A stretch of 63,282 nucleotides of DNA, the filler included, from Octopus bimaculoides (Eukaryota): assembly GCF_001194135.2 (NCBI RefSeq). It is 5 parts of 5 records of this genome, joined end to end, with 100 filler letters (N's around TTAATTAATTAA, not from the genome) between each part and the next. Parts side by side here need not be neighbours in the genome. Positions count along the whole stretch, not along the records: positions 1 to 16,376 come from NC_068996.1; positions 16,477 to 25,897 come from NC_068983.1; positions 25,998 to 42,043 come from NC_068988.1; 2 more parts are not named here. One strand, written 5' to 3'. A program made the translations under genes and the position numbers. Of the stretch, positions 12,632 to 26,387 are shown piece after piece (positions within the stretch are counted from its first letter, which is position 1; the number at the start of each line of letters is the position of its first letter). The notes under the pieces were generated by a model, which did not search any database, was not told the origin of the DNA, and worked only from the letters and a program-made list of their open reading frames with translations.

Positions 12632-12862
12632 AGGCGCAGGAATGGCTGTGTGGTAAGAAGCTTGCTTCTCAACCACATGGCTCTGGATTCAATCCCACTG
12701 CGTAGCACCTTGGGCAAGTGTCTTCTACTATAGCCTCAGGCCGATCAAAGCCTTGTGAGTGGATTTGGTAGACGGAAATTGAAAGAAGCCTATCGTATAT
12801 ATATATANNNNNNNNNNNNNNNNNNNNNNNNNNNNNNNNNNNNNNNNNNNNNNNNNNNNNNN

Positions 12863-12898
<36 letters not shown>

Positions 12899-13088
12899 TC
12901 CCCCCACTACCGCCGCTTGACAACCGATGTTGGTGTGTTTATGTCTCCTTAACTTAGCAGTTCGGCAAAAAAGACCGATAGAATAAGTACCAAGCGTACA
13001 AAAAAATAAGTCATCGGTGTCGACTTCTTCAACTAGAAGGCGGTGCTACAGCATGGCCGCAGTCAAATGACTGAAACCAGTAAAAGAG
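12632..13088 (+). mobile_element. SINE family B
   Basis: Head 'ggcgcaggaatggctgtgtggtaagaagcttgcttc', central (AT)/(GT) repeat and tail 'gcatggccgcagtcaaatgactgaaac'. Confidence 0.85.
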
Positions 13089-13344
13089 TATATGCAACTA
13101 TGTAAATATGTTCATTTTGGATAAGTCAAGTGGAGACCCTTCGGAATGTTTTACAATTATTCTCTGTTAGAGGAATCCACTGGAATGTAAAGACGCAACT
13201 CGGTTTACATTGTTCTGTTTTGGAAACACCCCAAAATATTTCAGGTGTTTATACAAATGTATTGTATCTACGCAAACATATGCACCTAAGATAACAGGCA
13301 GAAATAGATTATATAGCCTACATCCAAGAGCAGGTAGTTCCGCA

Positions 13345-13550
13345 TTGACTGGTGTTCAACAGAGTGATCCATTGGGCCCTCTCTTATTCACTGTTGACAA
13401 TTCATTGTTGACAATTTCTACCGGCCCACCTATCATCACATCATGTAGGTGCTAGACGTTGAAAGGAGCCGTGATGCTCCGAGTAATGCTGTTCACTCCG
13501 ACAGTGAATAAGAGAGGGCTTAATAGATCACTCTGTTGAACACCAGTCAA
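13345..13550. repeat. 50-bp inverted repeat (47/50 identical), 106-bp spacer
   Basis: 13345-13394 ttgactggtgttcaacagagtgatccattgggccctctcttattcactgt versus the reverse complement of 13501-13550. Confidence 0.95.
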
Positions 13551-14810
13551 AGATGGTACGACCTTAACTGAGGAGACGAGCATGCTCGGAGCCCTATGAT
13601 AGGTAAGGCAACGGGCGGGTAGAGGGAGCACGGCTTAGACAAGCCTGGAGCAAGATGCCATGGCGCAGATACTTGAAATAATTTTTAATGTCAAGTTTGA
13701 CAATGAACTGTTAGGAATCGCTCGATGTCGGCTCAGGAGGACAGTTATTGAAGAACTTTCTAGCTGCATGGGTGGCTTCCTCGTACCTACTGGCTACGCC
13801 TATCCCCAATTGGACTGGGTTGAGTTCCTCACTTAATTTGGGTATGACAGAACTGCAGATGACCTTTGGCTGCGAGCTTCCGGAAAACAATGCCCACAGC
13901 AATGGGGCGTATGTCCTCATCCTTCTTCCTGAGAACGATTAAGCTGGCTAAAAGGAAGAGGAATCGGGTATAAGTGTTCAGGGTGCCGTGAACGAATCTG
14001 TTAACGAATGCCGTTATTGCAGTCAGCAGGTAGCTCCCGGCTTCATCATTAAGGACAAGTCTTTGAGGTGGCCGGCTCGGACATCGTCGACACATCCGGT
14101 GCTACTGGCAGGGAAAGACCTCATAGCATAGAGGATGTCTTTCTCACAGGCCCCGTGTAGCGCGTGAAGAGGTCTGTAGGTAGCTCAGGATGTTTGAGCT
14201 GAATGGCAGCCAGGATCTCTTCAGCAGAATAGAAGACCGTGTCGTCAGAAGCGACTACTCTGACAGCTTCGAAGACATCGCCCTCTATAAGTTTGGCGTT
14301 TACTCGATCTCGTAAACGCTTGAAGCCGGCGTCAGGAGTGAAGCTGTCTCCCGAGGTGTTTTGGGAAGGACGTTTTGTTTACCCTTTTCTTGCCTTTTCT
14401 GCTGTCTTCGGATACTTTCACACACTTCTAGTTTTTCATTTCCCCTTCACTGGACAAACGGGGATAGAGGCGCTTCTTAAGGACCAGTGGAGTGTTCTGG
14501 GGCATCTTTGCCAGTTCTTTATACTGAGGGCAAGGCAATTTCTTACTTTGTTCCCAGAGCTGCGACTTATGATATCCAGGTTGCAACAAACCCCGTAACC
14601 TGTTGTTGTTTTAGCCGCAGCAGCTTCTACAGCGGTTCCGGGCAGGAAGTCCTTAAGCAACCATCCGTAAAGCCGAGCTTTCTGTGGATGCACGAACAGT
14701 CTCATTACCTTTCTCTTTGCACACGCAACAAAGCTCATTTTGTGGCCTTTGTGGAGTAAACAGAGATTCATTCTATGGGCGTTGACAACCCACATTTTTC
14801 TATTGTGCAC
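13440..14810 (-). mobile_element. CRE-like (early-branching RLE) LINE RT remnant
   Basis: AKLIEGDVFEAVRVVASDD..KHP; LASLIVLRKKDEDIRPIAVGIVFRKLAAK; LNPVQLGIGV..YEEATHAARKF; TGVQQSDLLSPLLF..HLHDVMIGG (degenerate YLDD). Confidence 0.75.
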
Positions 14811-16084
14811 ATAATTTGCACTTTCTGTGTTTCATTTCCATATAATTAAGTTCACCTTCATTGGATATTGGTTGTAGTGCTGATGCTGAAGATGATGATG
14901 ATGATGATAATGACGATGAAGATGAGGAGCAGGAAGAAGAGAAGGAGGAAGATTACGGTGGGTGCAGTTCTGCTGGTAGCAGCGATGGTGATGGTGTAAC
15001 GATGATGATGATGATAATGTCGTAGAGGTGGGGGGAAGAGATTCTTACAGTTTGTACGGTTGACCACATTGGTTTTCATAGCAAAACGCCAAGCGTTTTC
15101 ACACACGCCAGCCCACACATATCACACAGACACACACACACGTGTCACACATACACACACACACGTATCCGACATACACACACACACGTATCACACACAC
15201 ACACACACACACACACGCAAATCTCCGACCATTACGGACCCACGATTAATGAGAGGTCATAAGCGCAAACATTAACTAAGCATAACACATACTTTGATGA
15301 TGTCGATCAACCATCTGCTTTTATTTTTATATATTCATCTCTTTATTTCGTGATTTGCTTTATTTCTCCATTTCTATGTTTCATTGTTTTGCTTCACTTT
15401 CTTTTCTCTAACCAAAACCGTTTTCCACCTCTTTTCATCTGTCTTACGAAGGTTTAAACTATAAACTTCATGCATTCTTTTCTTCCACTTTCGGGTTCTC
15501 TCTCTATTTCTATCTCTCTCTATCTCTATCTCTCTTTATCTCTATCTCTCTCTATCTCTATCTCTCTCTCTATTCTTAGTTAATTTCTTTTTCCTTTTTA
15601 TTTTTTTTCAGTCAAGCGAGTGGGTGTGGTGATTTTGACAGTTTACATTCAATAACAAAACGGGATCCCTATCAGTTTGCCGTATTTATTTCGTAGTAAC
15701 TGACTGACATGTCTATTAAGCATACCTGTCTCTGTCTTGTTTTGCTGCCATTTTATTTTTCTTTCTTCATTACTCTCTTAATCTTTCACGCTCTCTCCTC
15801 ATTGCTACCTCTCTTTTCTCCCCCTCTCTCTCTTCAGATGAATGCATGTGTATGTATATATATATAAATATACTTTCCCTTTTTTTTTTTTCATTCTTTT
15901 CTCTGTGGGTAACAGACGAAAACGAAGCTATGAAACTGATACTGAAATTAACACCTTTTACGTTTACATTTTTTTAAAATATAGGACAAAGCTTTTGACT
16001 TTGTATTGTTAGTCTTTTGTAAAAAAAAAATTGTCTTTCTTTCTTGTGTAGCGAAGGAGGTGAGAGGTAACTATCCGTATCCCG

Positions 16085-16245
16085 TATGTGTGGTAAGTAG
16101 CTTGCTTACCAACCAAATTTGGTTCCGGGTTCAGTCCCACTGCGTGGCATCTTGGGTATGTGTCTTCAATTATAGCCTTGGGCCGACCAAAGCCTTGTGA
16201 GTGGATTTGGTAGACAGAAACTGAAAGAAGCCCGTCGTATATATC

Positions 16246-16282
<37 letters not shown>

Positions 16283-16376
16283 ATGTTTGTGTGTTTGTGT
16301 TTGTCTCCCTAGCATTGCTTGACAAGCGATGCTTGTGTGTGTATGTCCCCGTCACCTAGCGGTTCGGCAAAAAGAG
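16085..16376 (+). mobile_element. SINE family B, truncated by a gap
   Basis: 'gtgtggtaagtagcttgcttaccaacca..gttcagtcccactgcgtggcatcttggg..ccttgtgagtggatttggtagac'. Confidence 0.85.
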
Positions 16377-16476
16377 NNNNNNNNNNNNNNNNNNNNNNNN
16401 NNNNNNNNNNNNNNNNNNNNTTAATTAATTAANNNNNNNNNNNNNNNNNNNNNNNNNNNNNNNNNNNNNNNNNNNN

Positions 16477-16524
<48 letters not shown>

Positions 16525-16699
16525 GCACACACAAATACTTTATGTATGGATAGATGTGAGTGTGTGTATATGTAAATAAATATATATGTATGTATGTTTA
16601 TGTCCAACTTTTGTGTTCTGAATTGTCCAATCTATACCGACTGGACAATATATGATTCGCACTACAAGTGTGAATTTGACTATGATTTTATCCTATATG

Positions 16700-17040
16700 A
16701 ACAACTCTGACAAACACGTCTTCTGTCGTCTGCTGAAGTATTCCTTCGTATCTCTAGATTTATTCCAACATATGTAATATTCTCAGTAATTTTGAGGTAC
16801 TTGTATTTTTCATCGGAGATTGACTGACCACTGATATCCAAATTCCTTCTCTGATTAACAAAATTTCCTCAATTATCATATATGAACGTTTATCCCGACC
16901 AAATTCCATTCCTGTATCCGGAACGACTGTTACAAGCAGCTCTAACCTTCTTTTAGCGTCGTAAATATTGCTCCAATATAGCTCCAAGTCATCGACAAAA
17001 AATTTGCAGATGATATAAATTTTCGTCTCCTCTACCAATT
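16700..17040 (-). mobile_element. R4/Dong-like LINE RT fragment
   Basis: FFVDDLELYWSNIYDAKRRLELL..DTGMEFGRDK resembles FVDDLKLY...DIGMEFGxDKC of R4-clade RTs. Confidence 0.6.
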
Positions 17041-17940
17041 ATTTCCTTATCTTTCAATACATCTCGACGCTTCTAAAGCAAACTGTGTTTACTTTCATCG
17101 TAATTTGAATTTAAAGTAGCTTTGATATTTCTTCAACAGCTGACAGAGGAGTCACAGAGGAGTCACTGCCAGGAATCTAGTCAGTCACATTAGCTTGAGG
17201 ACTAGTTATGCTTTCGTGTATTGAATATTAATTCTTAAAATACTAGCCATTTATACAAACCAGGTTATCTTCTTTGGATAAATGCAAAGAAGCGTCTATT
17301 TTTAGAGGATAACCTAACAATAATCTTGTGATAAAAATGAATAGCTAAATAATACGAATTTTTCTAATATACATACACTACTGACATACAGGAAAACCGG
17401 AAAGTTATCGCAGTAGAGGAGTAATCGGAGGAAATTCCAGTGGGCATTTGAATTAAATCAAGACCTATACTAATTCTACAAGAATTCTACATGAAAAGGC
17501 AGAGCAACTGGAATTTAAATTATGTATGTATGCATGTACGTATGCATGTATGTTTGTTCTTTTCTGTTTATAATTATTTGAAATCTTCCTCTGAGGAAAA
17601 AGCTGGTCTCTAACAAGAATGTAAAGCTCCGTCGTTGGAATGTAAACAACGAAAATAAATTCACATTTTAAACTTGAGAAAAGTCTTACATATTTTTACT
17701 GTTCCATTCACATATAGTATGCGCAATGTGCGAATTATCTGGTTGATTTCTTTTTGTGAAAACCCTTGCTTATCCAGATTGTCGCTTAGGCATTTATTCA
17801 CGAAACCAAGAGCACAAATTATAACACTTTCTTCAAGAATCCAGTGGTAACAGGGAAAGAGGCGACAGGGACAGGAATAGGTAGATGTTCAACTTTTCTG
17901 GACACAGGCAGCCATAGCGCAATATTCATTTTCCGCAGAA

Positions 17941-18372
17941 GGCGGCGAACTGGAAGAAGCGTTAGCACGCCGGGCGAAATGCTTAGTGATATTTCGTCTG
18001 CCGTTACGTTCTGAGTTCAAACTCCGCCGAGGTCGACTTTGCCTTTCACCCTTTCGGGGTCGATAAATTAAGTACCAGTTACATACCGGGGTCGATGTAA
18101 TCGACTTAATCCGTTTGTCTGTCCTTGTTTGTCCCCTCAATGTTTAGCCCCTTGTGAGCAATAATGAAATAAGAAATGTTAGCACGCTGGGCGAAATTCT
18201 AAGCGGTATTTCGTCTGTCTTTACGTTCTGAGTTCAAATTCAGCCGAGGTCGACTTTGCCTTTCATCCTTTCGGGGTTAATAAATTAAGTACCAGTTACG
18301 TACTGGGGTCGATGTAATCGACTGGCTCCCGACCCCAAGTTTTCGTGCTTTGTGCTTAGAGTAGAAAAGAAA
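17941..18372 (+). mobile_element. Two tandem SINE family A copies
   Basis: Well-preserved head at 17941 'ggcggcgaactggaagaagcgttagcacgccgggcgaaatgc'; the second copy starts ~18176. Confidence 0.9.
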
Positions 18373-19535
18373 AGACAATTCGTTTTCCACAGACTTAGGA
18401 AAGATGTGGACTTAGTATCCTCCTTGTGTATCAAAGCGGACCTCTTTAGGTGCTGCACTACTCTCCCAAAACTCCATGAGGAAGGACTAGAAAGTAACCC
18501 TAAATTCAGTCTGCCCCACCTGCAGCTTGCAGAACCCCCATTCATCGAGTCAACGAGAGAGTCCAACAAAAACATTCACGTGTGCTTGTTTAAATGCATG
18601 TGTCTTTGCTTAAAGGGATGTGTATTTGTCGTTTGTTCTAGACCCTGGTCAGCCACGATCAAGCAGATCCATAATCAGAGTGTTACAGATGCGGTTTCGG
18701 CATCTTAATATCAAAAAGCATATCGCTATCACTACACTATCCATCAGATTTTCGCATTCTGAAACAACAGAGCATGTATGTGATTAGAAGACACGGCTAT
18801 CACTGCCAGCAGAGAAAGTACCCATGTATTTCTACCTATCTATACAAAATTACAATAGTTGACATTTTCAATGATATTACTCGTATAAATAACGTTATCT
18901 AGCATAATCGTGGTGGAGATGTCCAAATAAAATCGAGTGTCAAACGAAAGATCAAATAAATGCTATCATTATCTTATTTTATCGTTTTACTTTTGTTGCT
19001 GCTGGTGTTGTTGTTGTTGTTGTTGTTGTTGTTTTTCTTATGTTACAAAACATTGGTGAGAAGATTTCCATACTCTAGACATGCAAGAACTCAATAGACC
19101 TACACTAACTGTGAGAATATATATTCGTTCACGTTATTGATCTTCGGCAGTTGAATAACTAATTCATCACAAGCACGAGGCGAAAACCTGCACTCAATAA
19201 CACATAAAACTGAACCACATGTGTGTGCGCGTATGTATATATGTATGTGTACGAAGGTATGCCTATATATATATATATAGGTGAACATGTGGGTGTGTGG
19301 GTGTGTGTGTGTGTGCTTGTTTGTACTTGCACATCTGTTAGAATACGCCATAACCAATCACATGCAATTTACTTCTTCTCTCTTACATCAGATATTTACT
19401 TTACATTCTTTTTCCTGTTTTCTTCTATTTATGTGTGTTCATCCTCTATGAACACTCACGCACACACACACACACACACACACGCACACACAGACATACA
19501 TACATATATGTATACATACACATCTATACATACAC

Positions 19536-19579
<44 letters not shown>

Positions 19580-19675
19580 GGTGGGGTATATGTATATATA
19601 TGCATGTATGTGTATGTGTGTGTTTACTTTATATGATTGGGTTTTTTTGCAACTGTGTTTTCTTTCTCTCTCTCC

Positions 19676-19710
<35 letters not shown>

Positions 19711-20141
19711 CCAGCTTCATTCTCACTCACACAATATATATATATNNNNNNNNNNNNNNNNNNNNNNNNNNNNNNNNNNNNNNNNNNNNNNNNNNNNNNN
19801 NNNNNNNNNNNNNNNNNNNNNNNNNNNNNNNNNNNNNNNNNNNNNNNNNNNNNNNNNNNNNNNNNNNNNNNNNNNNNNNNNNNNNNNNNNNNNNNNNNNN
19901 NNNNNNNNNNNNNNNNNNNNNNNNNNNNNNNNNNNNNNNNNNNNNNNNNNNNNNNNNNNNNNNNNNNNNNNNNNNNNNNNNNNNNNNNNNNNNNNNNNNN
20001 NNNNNNNNNNNNNNNNNNNNNNNNNNNNNNNNNNNNNNNNNNNNNNNNNNNNNNNNNNNNNNNNNNNNNNNNNNNNNNNNNNNNNNNNNNNNNNNNNNNN
20101 NNNNNNNNNNNNNNNNNNNNNNNNNNNNNNNNNNNNNNNNN

Positions 20142-20197
<56 letters not shown>

Positions 20198-21596
20198 CTC
20201 TTATTCCCACTCCTGTCGTTTTCTCACTCTCATTTTACATTTTTTTTTTGCACAAATTCTTCTGTTCTTTGTCTTGATTTTAGAATTTCCCCAGAGATAT
20301 GCAGATAACTTTGTATACAATTGCAGTTCCAGAAAAAGAAGAGTAAAAAAAAAAAAGTAAAGAACCATAAGCAATGTCGTTTTATCAACAACAATTTTTT
20401 TTCTTTCAGTTCTTTACATTTTTTTAAAATTCCTTTATTTGTCCCCATAAAAGGGCATTGATGATTTTTTTTTCTTTCGAATTCTAAATATCTGAATATA
20501 CAGAATGACACTAAGTGTGACAGAGTAACTTCCGTTAGCCTGTGATAATTCCGACCTTAGAGATTGAATCTCAATGCTATGTCAATATCCAGTTAATGTC
20601 GACCGCTCATGTGCACTGAAAAATTGTATGGTCCTGATATGCTTGCTTGAAAACCGAATGAATCAATGTGCAAGCATTTCAAACAAACAGATTAAATAAT
20701 AACTGGCCAAAAACCTGCTTTGCTTTGTCACCATGTAAAAAGAATAAACATACATTTAATTGCTACGTGTCATGCCAACGAAAAAACCTTGTCAGATATT
20801 TATCCTTTGTGTTCAATAAAATTGCATCAATTCGTTCGTTATACTATTATTATACTGTGTTTTGAGGGCGCAGGGTTGTCACGTGTTTGTGTGCATGTTT
20901 TGTAACACCTCCAACAAAGGACCTCTTTACAGGGTTGATTCATCCGCTAGAAAGAGCAAGCAAATTTGCCTCAACCGCTTAATAGCTGAGCGTCACTTCG
21001 ACGCTGATATTTTGCTTCATGTTATATGTATGTATATGAATGTGTGTGCGTGTATATAAATANNNNNNNNNNATATATATATGGTGCTATTGAGTTAGTC
21101 ATGGCCCTGGCTGATAATGCCCGAAACCAATCTAAGTTATACATATATATATATATATTTCTGTGTGTACTTGTGCATGTATAAACATATATATATATAT
21201 ATAAGTCAATATTTGCAAAAGCATGTGCGTGCAGCTTATGTCTGTTACAAATGCATTGCATCTTCTTCGGTTTTCTTTGCTTACATGTGACTTTGTTTTA
21301 TGACGAACAAATGAGCGAGAGGGACAGTGTGTGTTTGTGTGTATATGTGTGTGTGCGTATGTGTTTGTGTGTACGTGTGTATATGTGTGTATATGTGTGC
21401 GTATGTATGTGCATGTGTATGTGTGCATGTGTGTTGTATGTGTATGTGAAACCGAGAGAGAGAGAGAAGGTGAGAGGCTATTAATGTGGTCAATGGCACT
21501 TGCTAGAAATAACAACCAGATTTCCCTCATATCGGGGATCTTACCGTTTAAAGGGAAGGAATGATCCACAGAATGAATAATATAGTCTCACTTTCA

Positions 21597-22000
21597 AGGC
21601 AGCGAGCTGACAGAAACACTAGCACGCCGGGAGAAATGCTTAGCGGTATTTCGTCTGTCTTTATGTTCTGAGTTCAAATTCCGTCGAGTTCGACTTTACC
21701 TTTCATACTTTCGGAGTCGATAAATTAAGTTCCAGTTGCCTACTGGGATCGATCTAATCGACTTAATCCGTTCGTCTGTTCTTGTTTGTTCCCTCTATGT
21801 TTAGCCCCTTGTGGCCAATAACGAAATAGGTATTTCGTCTGTCTTTATGTTCTGAGTTCAAATTCAGCCGAGGACAACATTGCTTTTCATACTTTCGGGG
21901 TCGATAAATTAAGTACCAGTTGCGTACTGGGATCGATCTAATCGGCTGGCCCCCCCTCCTCTAAAATTTCGGGCCTTGCGCCTAGAGTACAAAAGAATGA
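21597..22000 (+). mobile_element. Two tandem SINE family A copies
   Basis: Same architecture as 17941-18372. Confidence 0.85.
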
Positions 22001-22239
22001 AGTATTTGTAAAACGTCCCATTTGCATGCTTTTGCGGGGGCGAGATGGCTGGGCGGTGAAGGAATCACTATTTTAATGACAAAGACCTTAATTTTGCGTA
22101 CTTCATATATTATCCATGTCCTCTTTATACTATTCCATCAGTCACCTGTCCCTCTTCAGGTATTTGTGTGATCTAGTGTCCTCTAAGTAAAACTTTTAAA
22201 GGAAATTATCAAAGAAGGAGAGGTCTTAACATAATGATT

Positions 22240-22672
22240 TCTAATTTAGGCAAAAAGCGAGAGGTTAAGATTGATCGATACCCTCGACCCCAGCACTTCA
22301 TTGGTACTTTATTTCATTAACCCTGAAAGGAGGAAAGCGAAGTTGACCTCGGCGGGATTTGAACTCAGAACGTAAAGACCCGGAAAATAATTTATATAAT
22401 CATTTCTATCATAAGCACAAGGCCTGAAATTTAAAGGGGTTGAGGCTAGCCAATTATATTGACCCCCAGTGCTCAACTGGTACTTTTTTTCATCGATCCC
22501 GAAAGGATAAAAGGCAAAGTCGACCTCGGCGAAATTTGACCGTCCTCTGAACTGAGAAAGGGCGTAATGCAAAATCGACCTCGACGGAATTTGAATTCAG
22601 CTCGTAGAGACAGACAAAATACCTCTAAGCATTCTGTCGGTGTGCTAACCATTTTGTCAGCTCGCCGCCTAA
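22240..22672 (-). mobile_element. Three partial SINE family A copies
   Basis: Repeated 'aaagtcgacctcggcggRatttgaactcag' at ~22340, ~22515 and ~22575. Confidence 0.8.
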
Positions 22673-22829
22673 CAAAGGTTTATTACATGAAATGACATTG
22701 GGCCTTGATGTATCAACTTTAATATTTTCTATTCACAATCAGATTCATATTCCAATAACGATTTTTTAAAAACGTTTGTTCATAACATATAAACATTACA
22801 CCTGGCTTAAATATTTTATTCCTAAAAAA

Positions 22830-23570
22830 TATCACGATGTCGGTTCATCCGGAATTGCAGATAAAAAGCTGTCTAGACGTTTTTTGAAGACTTCTATTCA
22901 TACACCTTGAAGATCCCTGATGTTCTGTGGTAGAACATTAAAAAGTTGTGGTCACATGAATCTCAAGCTATAACAATATTGGGTTCCTCTCCTCGATGGA
23001 GAAGATGGGACCTTTGGTACTGTGCAGTGCCGTCCGGTTCGGAGATTGTTGTAGATTTCGATTCAGAAATTTGAAGCCAGACCCTTCATTATTTTCCACT
23101 AGCACTGTATATCTCTCACGTCTTCTATTCAGGGAGTAGAGTCCCAGTTCCCTAAATCTCTTCTAGTAACCCATGTGTTTTACTGAGACTATCTTTTTTG
23201 TGAAGTGGCGTTGGATCACTTCTATTTCCGCAATTAGTTTTACGCTCTGCAGTGACCACAGTTGGGAGCAGAAGTCCAGACGACTGAGGACAAAGGTTCT
23301 CCAAAGCAGAAGCATTGTGTCTCTGTTGCTGGTCCTGAAGGATCTAAGGATCCAGCCTGCCAGCCGCCTGCATAGTGTTACCATCTGAGCATTGTGCACA
23401 TGGGAATTTGCGTCGATGCTCATATGCATTCCCAGGTCACGCACTCTTCCTCAGACAACAAAAAATCCGAAGAAGGATTGTTCACAAAGTCAGAATAATT
23501 CAATTCCTCATAATTCCTCACCCGACGGCCCTCCATTAAACAAGAGGGAAAACGTCGTACATCTAAGACA
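22830..23570 (-). mobile_element. CR1-clade LINE 3' region
   Basis: RDLGMHMS..WILRSFRT..LLWRTFVLSRLDFCSQLWS..IEVIQRHFTKKI; ELGLYSLNRRRERY; QLFNVLPQNIR; FKKRLDSFLSAIPDEPT. Confidence 0.88.
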
Positions 23571-24335
23571 GTAAAAAGAAAAACGCACGTGTGTTACTCG
23601 CAAAAACCAACAATCCAACTGACAAACGCTATACCGGAAGCCAGCTTCTTACCACACAGCCACACCGGCACCTACATATATANNNNNNNNNNNNNNNNNN
23701 NNNNNNNNNNNNNNNNNNNNNNNNNNNNNNNNNNNNNNNNNNNNNNNNNNNNNNNNNNNNNNNNNNNNNNNNNNNNNNNNNNNNNNNNNNNNNNNNNNNN
23801 NNNNNNNNNNNNNNNNNNNNNNNNNNNNNNNNNNNNNNNNNNNNNNNNNNNNNNNNNNNNNNNNNNNNNNNNNNNNNNNNNNNNNNNNNNNNNNNNNNNN
23901 NNNNNNNNNNNNNNNNNNNNNNNNNNNNNNNNNNNNNNNNNNNNNNNNNNNNNNNNNNNNNNNNNNNNNNNNNNNNNNNNNNNNNNNNNNNNNNNNNNNN
24001 NNNNNNNNNNNNNNNNNNNNNNNNNNNNNNNNNNNNNNNNNNNNNNNNNNNNNNNNNNNNNNNNNNNNNNNNNNNNNNNNNNNNNNNNNNNNNNNNNNNN
24101 NNNNNNNNNNNNNNNNNNNNNNNNNNNNNNNNNNNNNNNNNNNNNNNNNNNNNNNNNNNNNNNNNNNNNNNNNNNNNNNNNNNNNNNNNNNNNNNNNNNN
24201 NNNNNNNNNNNNNNNNNNNNNNNNNNNNNNNNNNNNNNNNNNNNNNNNNNNNNNNNNNNNNNNNNNNNNNNNNNNNNNNNNNNNNNNNNNNNNNNNNNNN
24301 NNNNNNNNNNNNNNNNNNNNNNACATATACATACG

Positions 24336-24381
<46 letters not shown>

Positions 24382-24518
24382 TGTATGTATGTATGTGTGT
24401 ATGTGTATGTATGTATGTATGTATGTATGTATGCATGTATGTATGTATAGAAAGAGATATGAAAGAAATTGTATACACTATTCAGATGCACTACAACATA
24501 CTTCACCTATCTCATATC

Positions 24519-24626
<108 letters not shown>

Positions 24627-24986
24627 GAAGGAATCGATTAATCAATGAATCAACGTATCCTTTCCTTCCTTTTCAGTCCTTGTGTGCTCCACTGTCTTTC
24701 AATCCATATCTATCTCTCTATCTAGCTGTCTATCTACTTATCTTATATGTGCGAGTTTCTGTATCGGTGGCTATATGTGTGTTGTGCATATACATGTACA
24801 ATATGTATATATATATATGTGTGTGTGTGCATACTATGTATATATATAGTGAGTATACATGTGTAAGCACGTATGTATATGCATATAAAATACATATATA
24901 ACATTATATATATAACATATATATACACACATACATATGTGTGAGATGTAACTTTCTTTTCTTTCTCTAATTCTCCTCCTCATCTC

Positions 24987-25019
<33 letters not shown>

Positions 25020-26169
25020 ACTCACTCACTCTCTTACTGTTCTCTCAGTTTCTTCTTTTCTTTTCCCTTTCTCCCTTTCACATAGCCTCTTCTTTTCTTC
25101 CTTCTATTTTCGTTTTGTTTCTTCTTCTTCTTCTCCATTTTCTACCAACGGTTTCACTATTGTCACATGAAAAATACCAGACTGATAGTGTGATTAATTT
25201 CTTTCGAACAATATCGCCCTTAAACATCTCTTTCCTCAACGGTAAACAATACATTTTCATTTCCTCCCTTGCAGTAAGTAAGGTGCTGCCGAGATTGAGA
25301 TAAGATCGCAAGAAGGATGCGAACAAAGAGTAAAGGGGAAAATAAAGAGACACAGCAATAAAAAAAAAACCCCTCCAAAACTAAAATCAGAATCGAAGAC
25401 AAAAAAAAACCAACAAAACAAGGAACCACAAAAAAAAAATCGCAAAGAAATAAATAGTAACAACGCCAACAATAATAATAACGGGAAACAAAATAAAAAT
25501 ATGAAGAAAAAAAAAGAATAAACAAACTCAAACACCAATTACTACAACAACAACAACAATGACAACAATTACTACAACAACAGGCTTAAATCTGATTAGA
25601 ATTCTCCCATTTCTTTTCGTGGTTGTTTTTACTTTTCGTACGTTTTTCATTATTAACCGGATGCTCTTTGGTTGTATAATAGTAACAATATCAAGTGGTG
25701 AATGTTGCAGCGTTGTACCGAATGACCTCAACATCTGAACATACGATTAGCGAAAGCAATATAAATATATACACATATATGTACATATATATACATATAT
25801 ATATATATATATACATGTATATATACATAAAAAACATATATATATATATATTATCATCATCATCATCATCATTATCATCAACCTCATGCTTATCAACNNN
25901 NNNNNNNNNNNNNNNNNNNNNNNNNNNNNNNNNNNNNNNNNTTAATTAATTAANNNNNNNNNNNNNNNNNNNNNNNNNNNNNNNNNNNNNNNNNNNNATA
26001 TATATATATATGTATGTACAGTGGAACAGTCATAGCAGTATATGGAAAAAGTTCACTAAGTGAAGAAATTAAATAAGGAAGGGGTTTTATTGCAGAAAAT
26101 TGAAGTTACATTGCATAACGAGCTGAAGTTTGTACAAGTCACGAGTAGACTGCGAATACACTTACGTGA

Positions 26170-26253
26170 CTTCCACCGTTGTCAAGTGGTGGCGGACACA
26201 GACACACACACAGAGAGACAGACAGGTAGACAGGCATACAGACAGACAGACAG

Positions 26254-26298
<45 letters not shown>

Positions 26299-26387
26299 TA
26301 TATATATATACATATACGATGGGCTTCTTTCGGTTTTCATCAACCAAATCCATTCACAAAAATTTGGTTGGCCAGAAGCTATAGTAG
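26170..26387 (-). mobile_element. SINE family B fragment
   Basis: 'acgatgggcttctttcggttttc..caaatccattcacaa', ending at a gap. Confidence 0.7.

Noticed and set aside
16377-16476. TTAATTAATTAA islands inside N runs (also 25898-25997, 42044-42143, 62079-62178)
   Set aside because: An identical N44-TTAATTAATTAA-N44 100-bp pattern occurs four times. It is an artificial all-frame-stop scaffolding spacer, not biology, and marks joins of unknown size.
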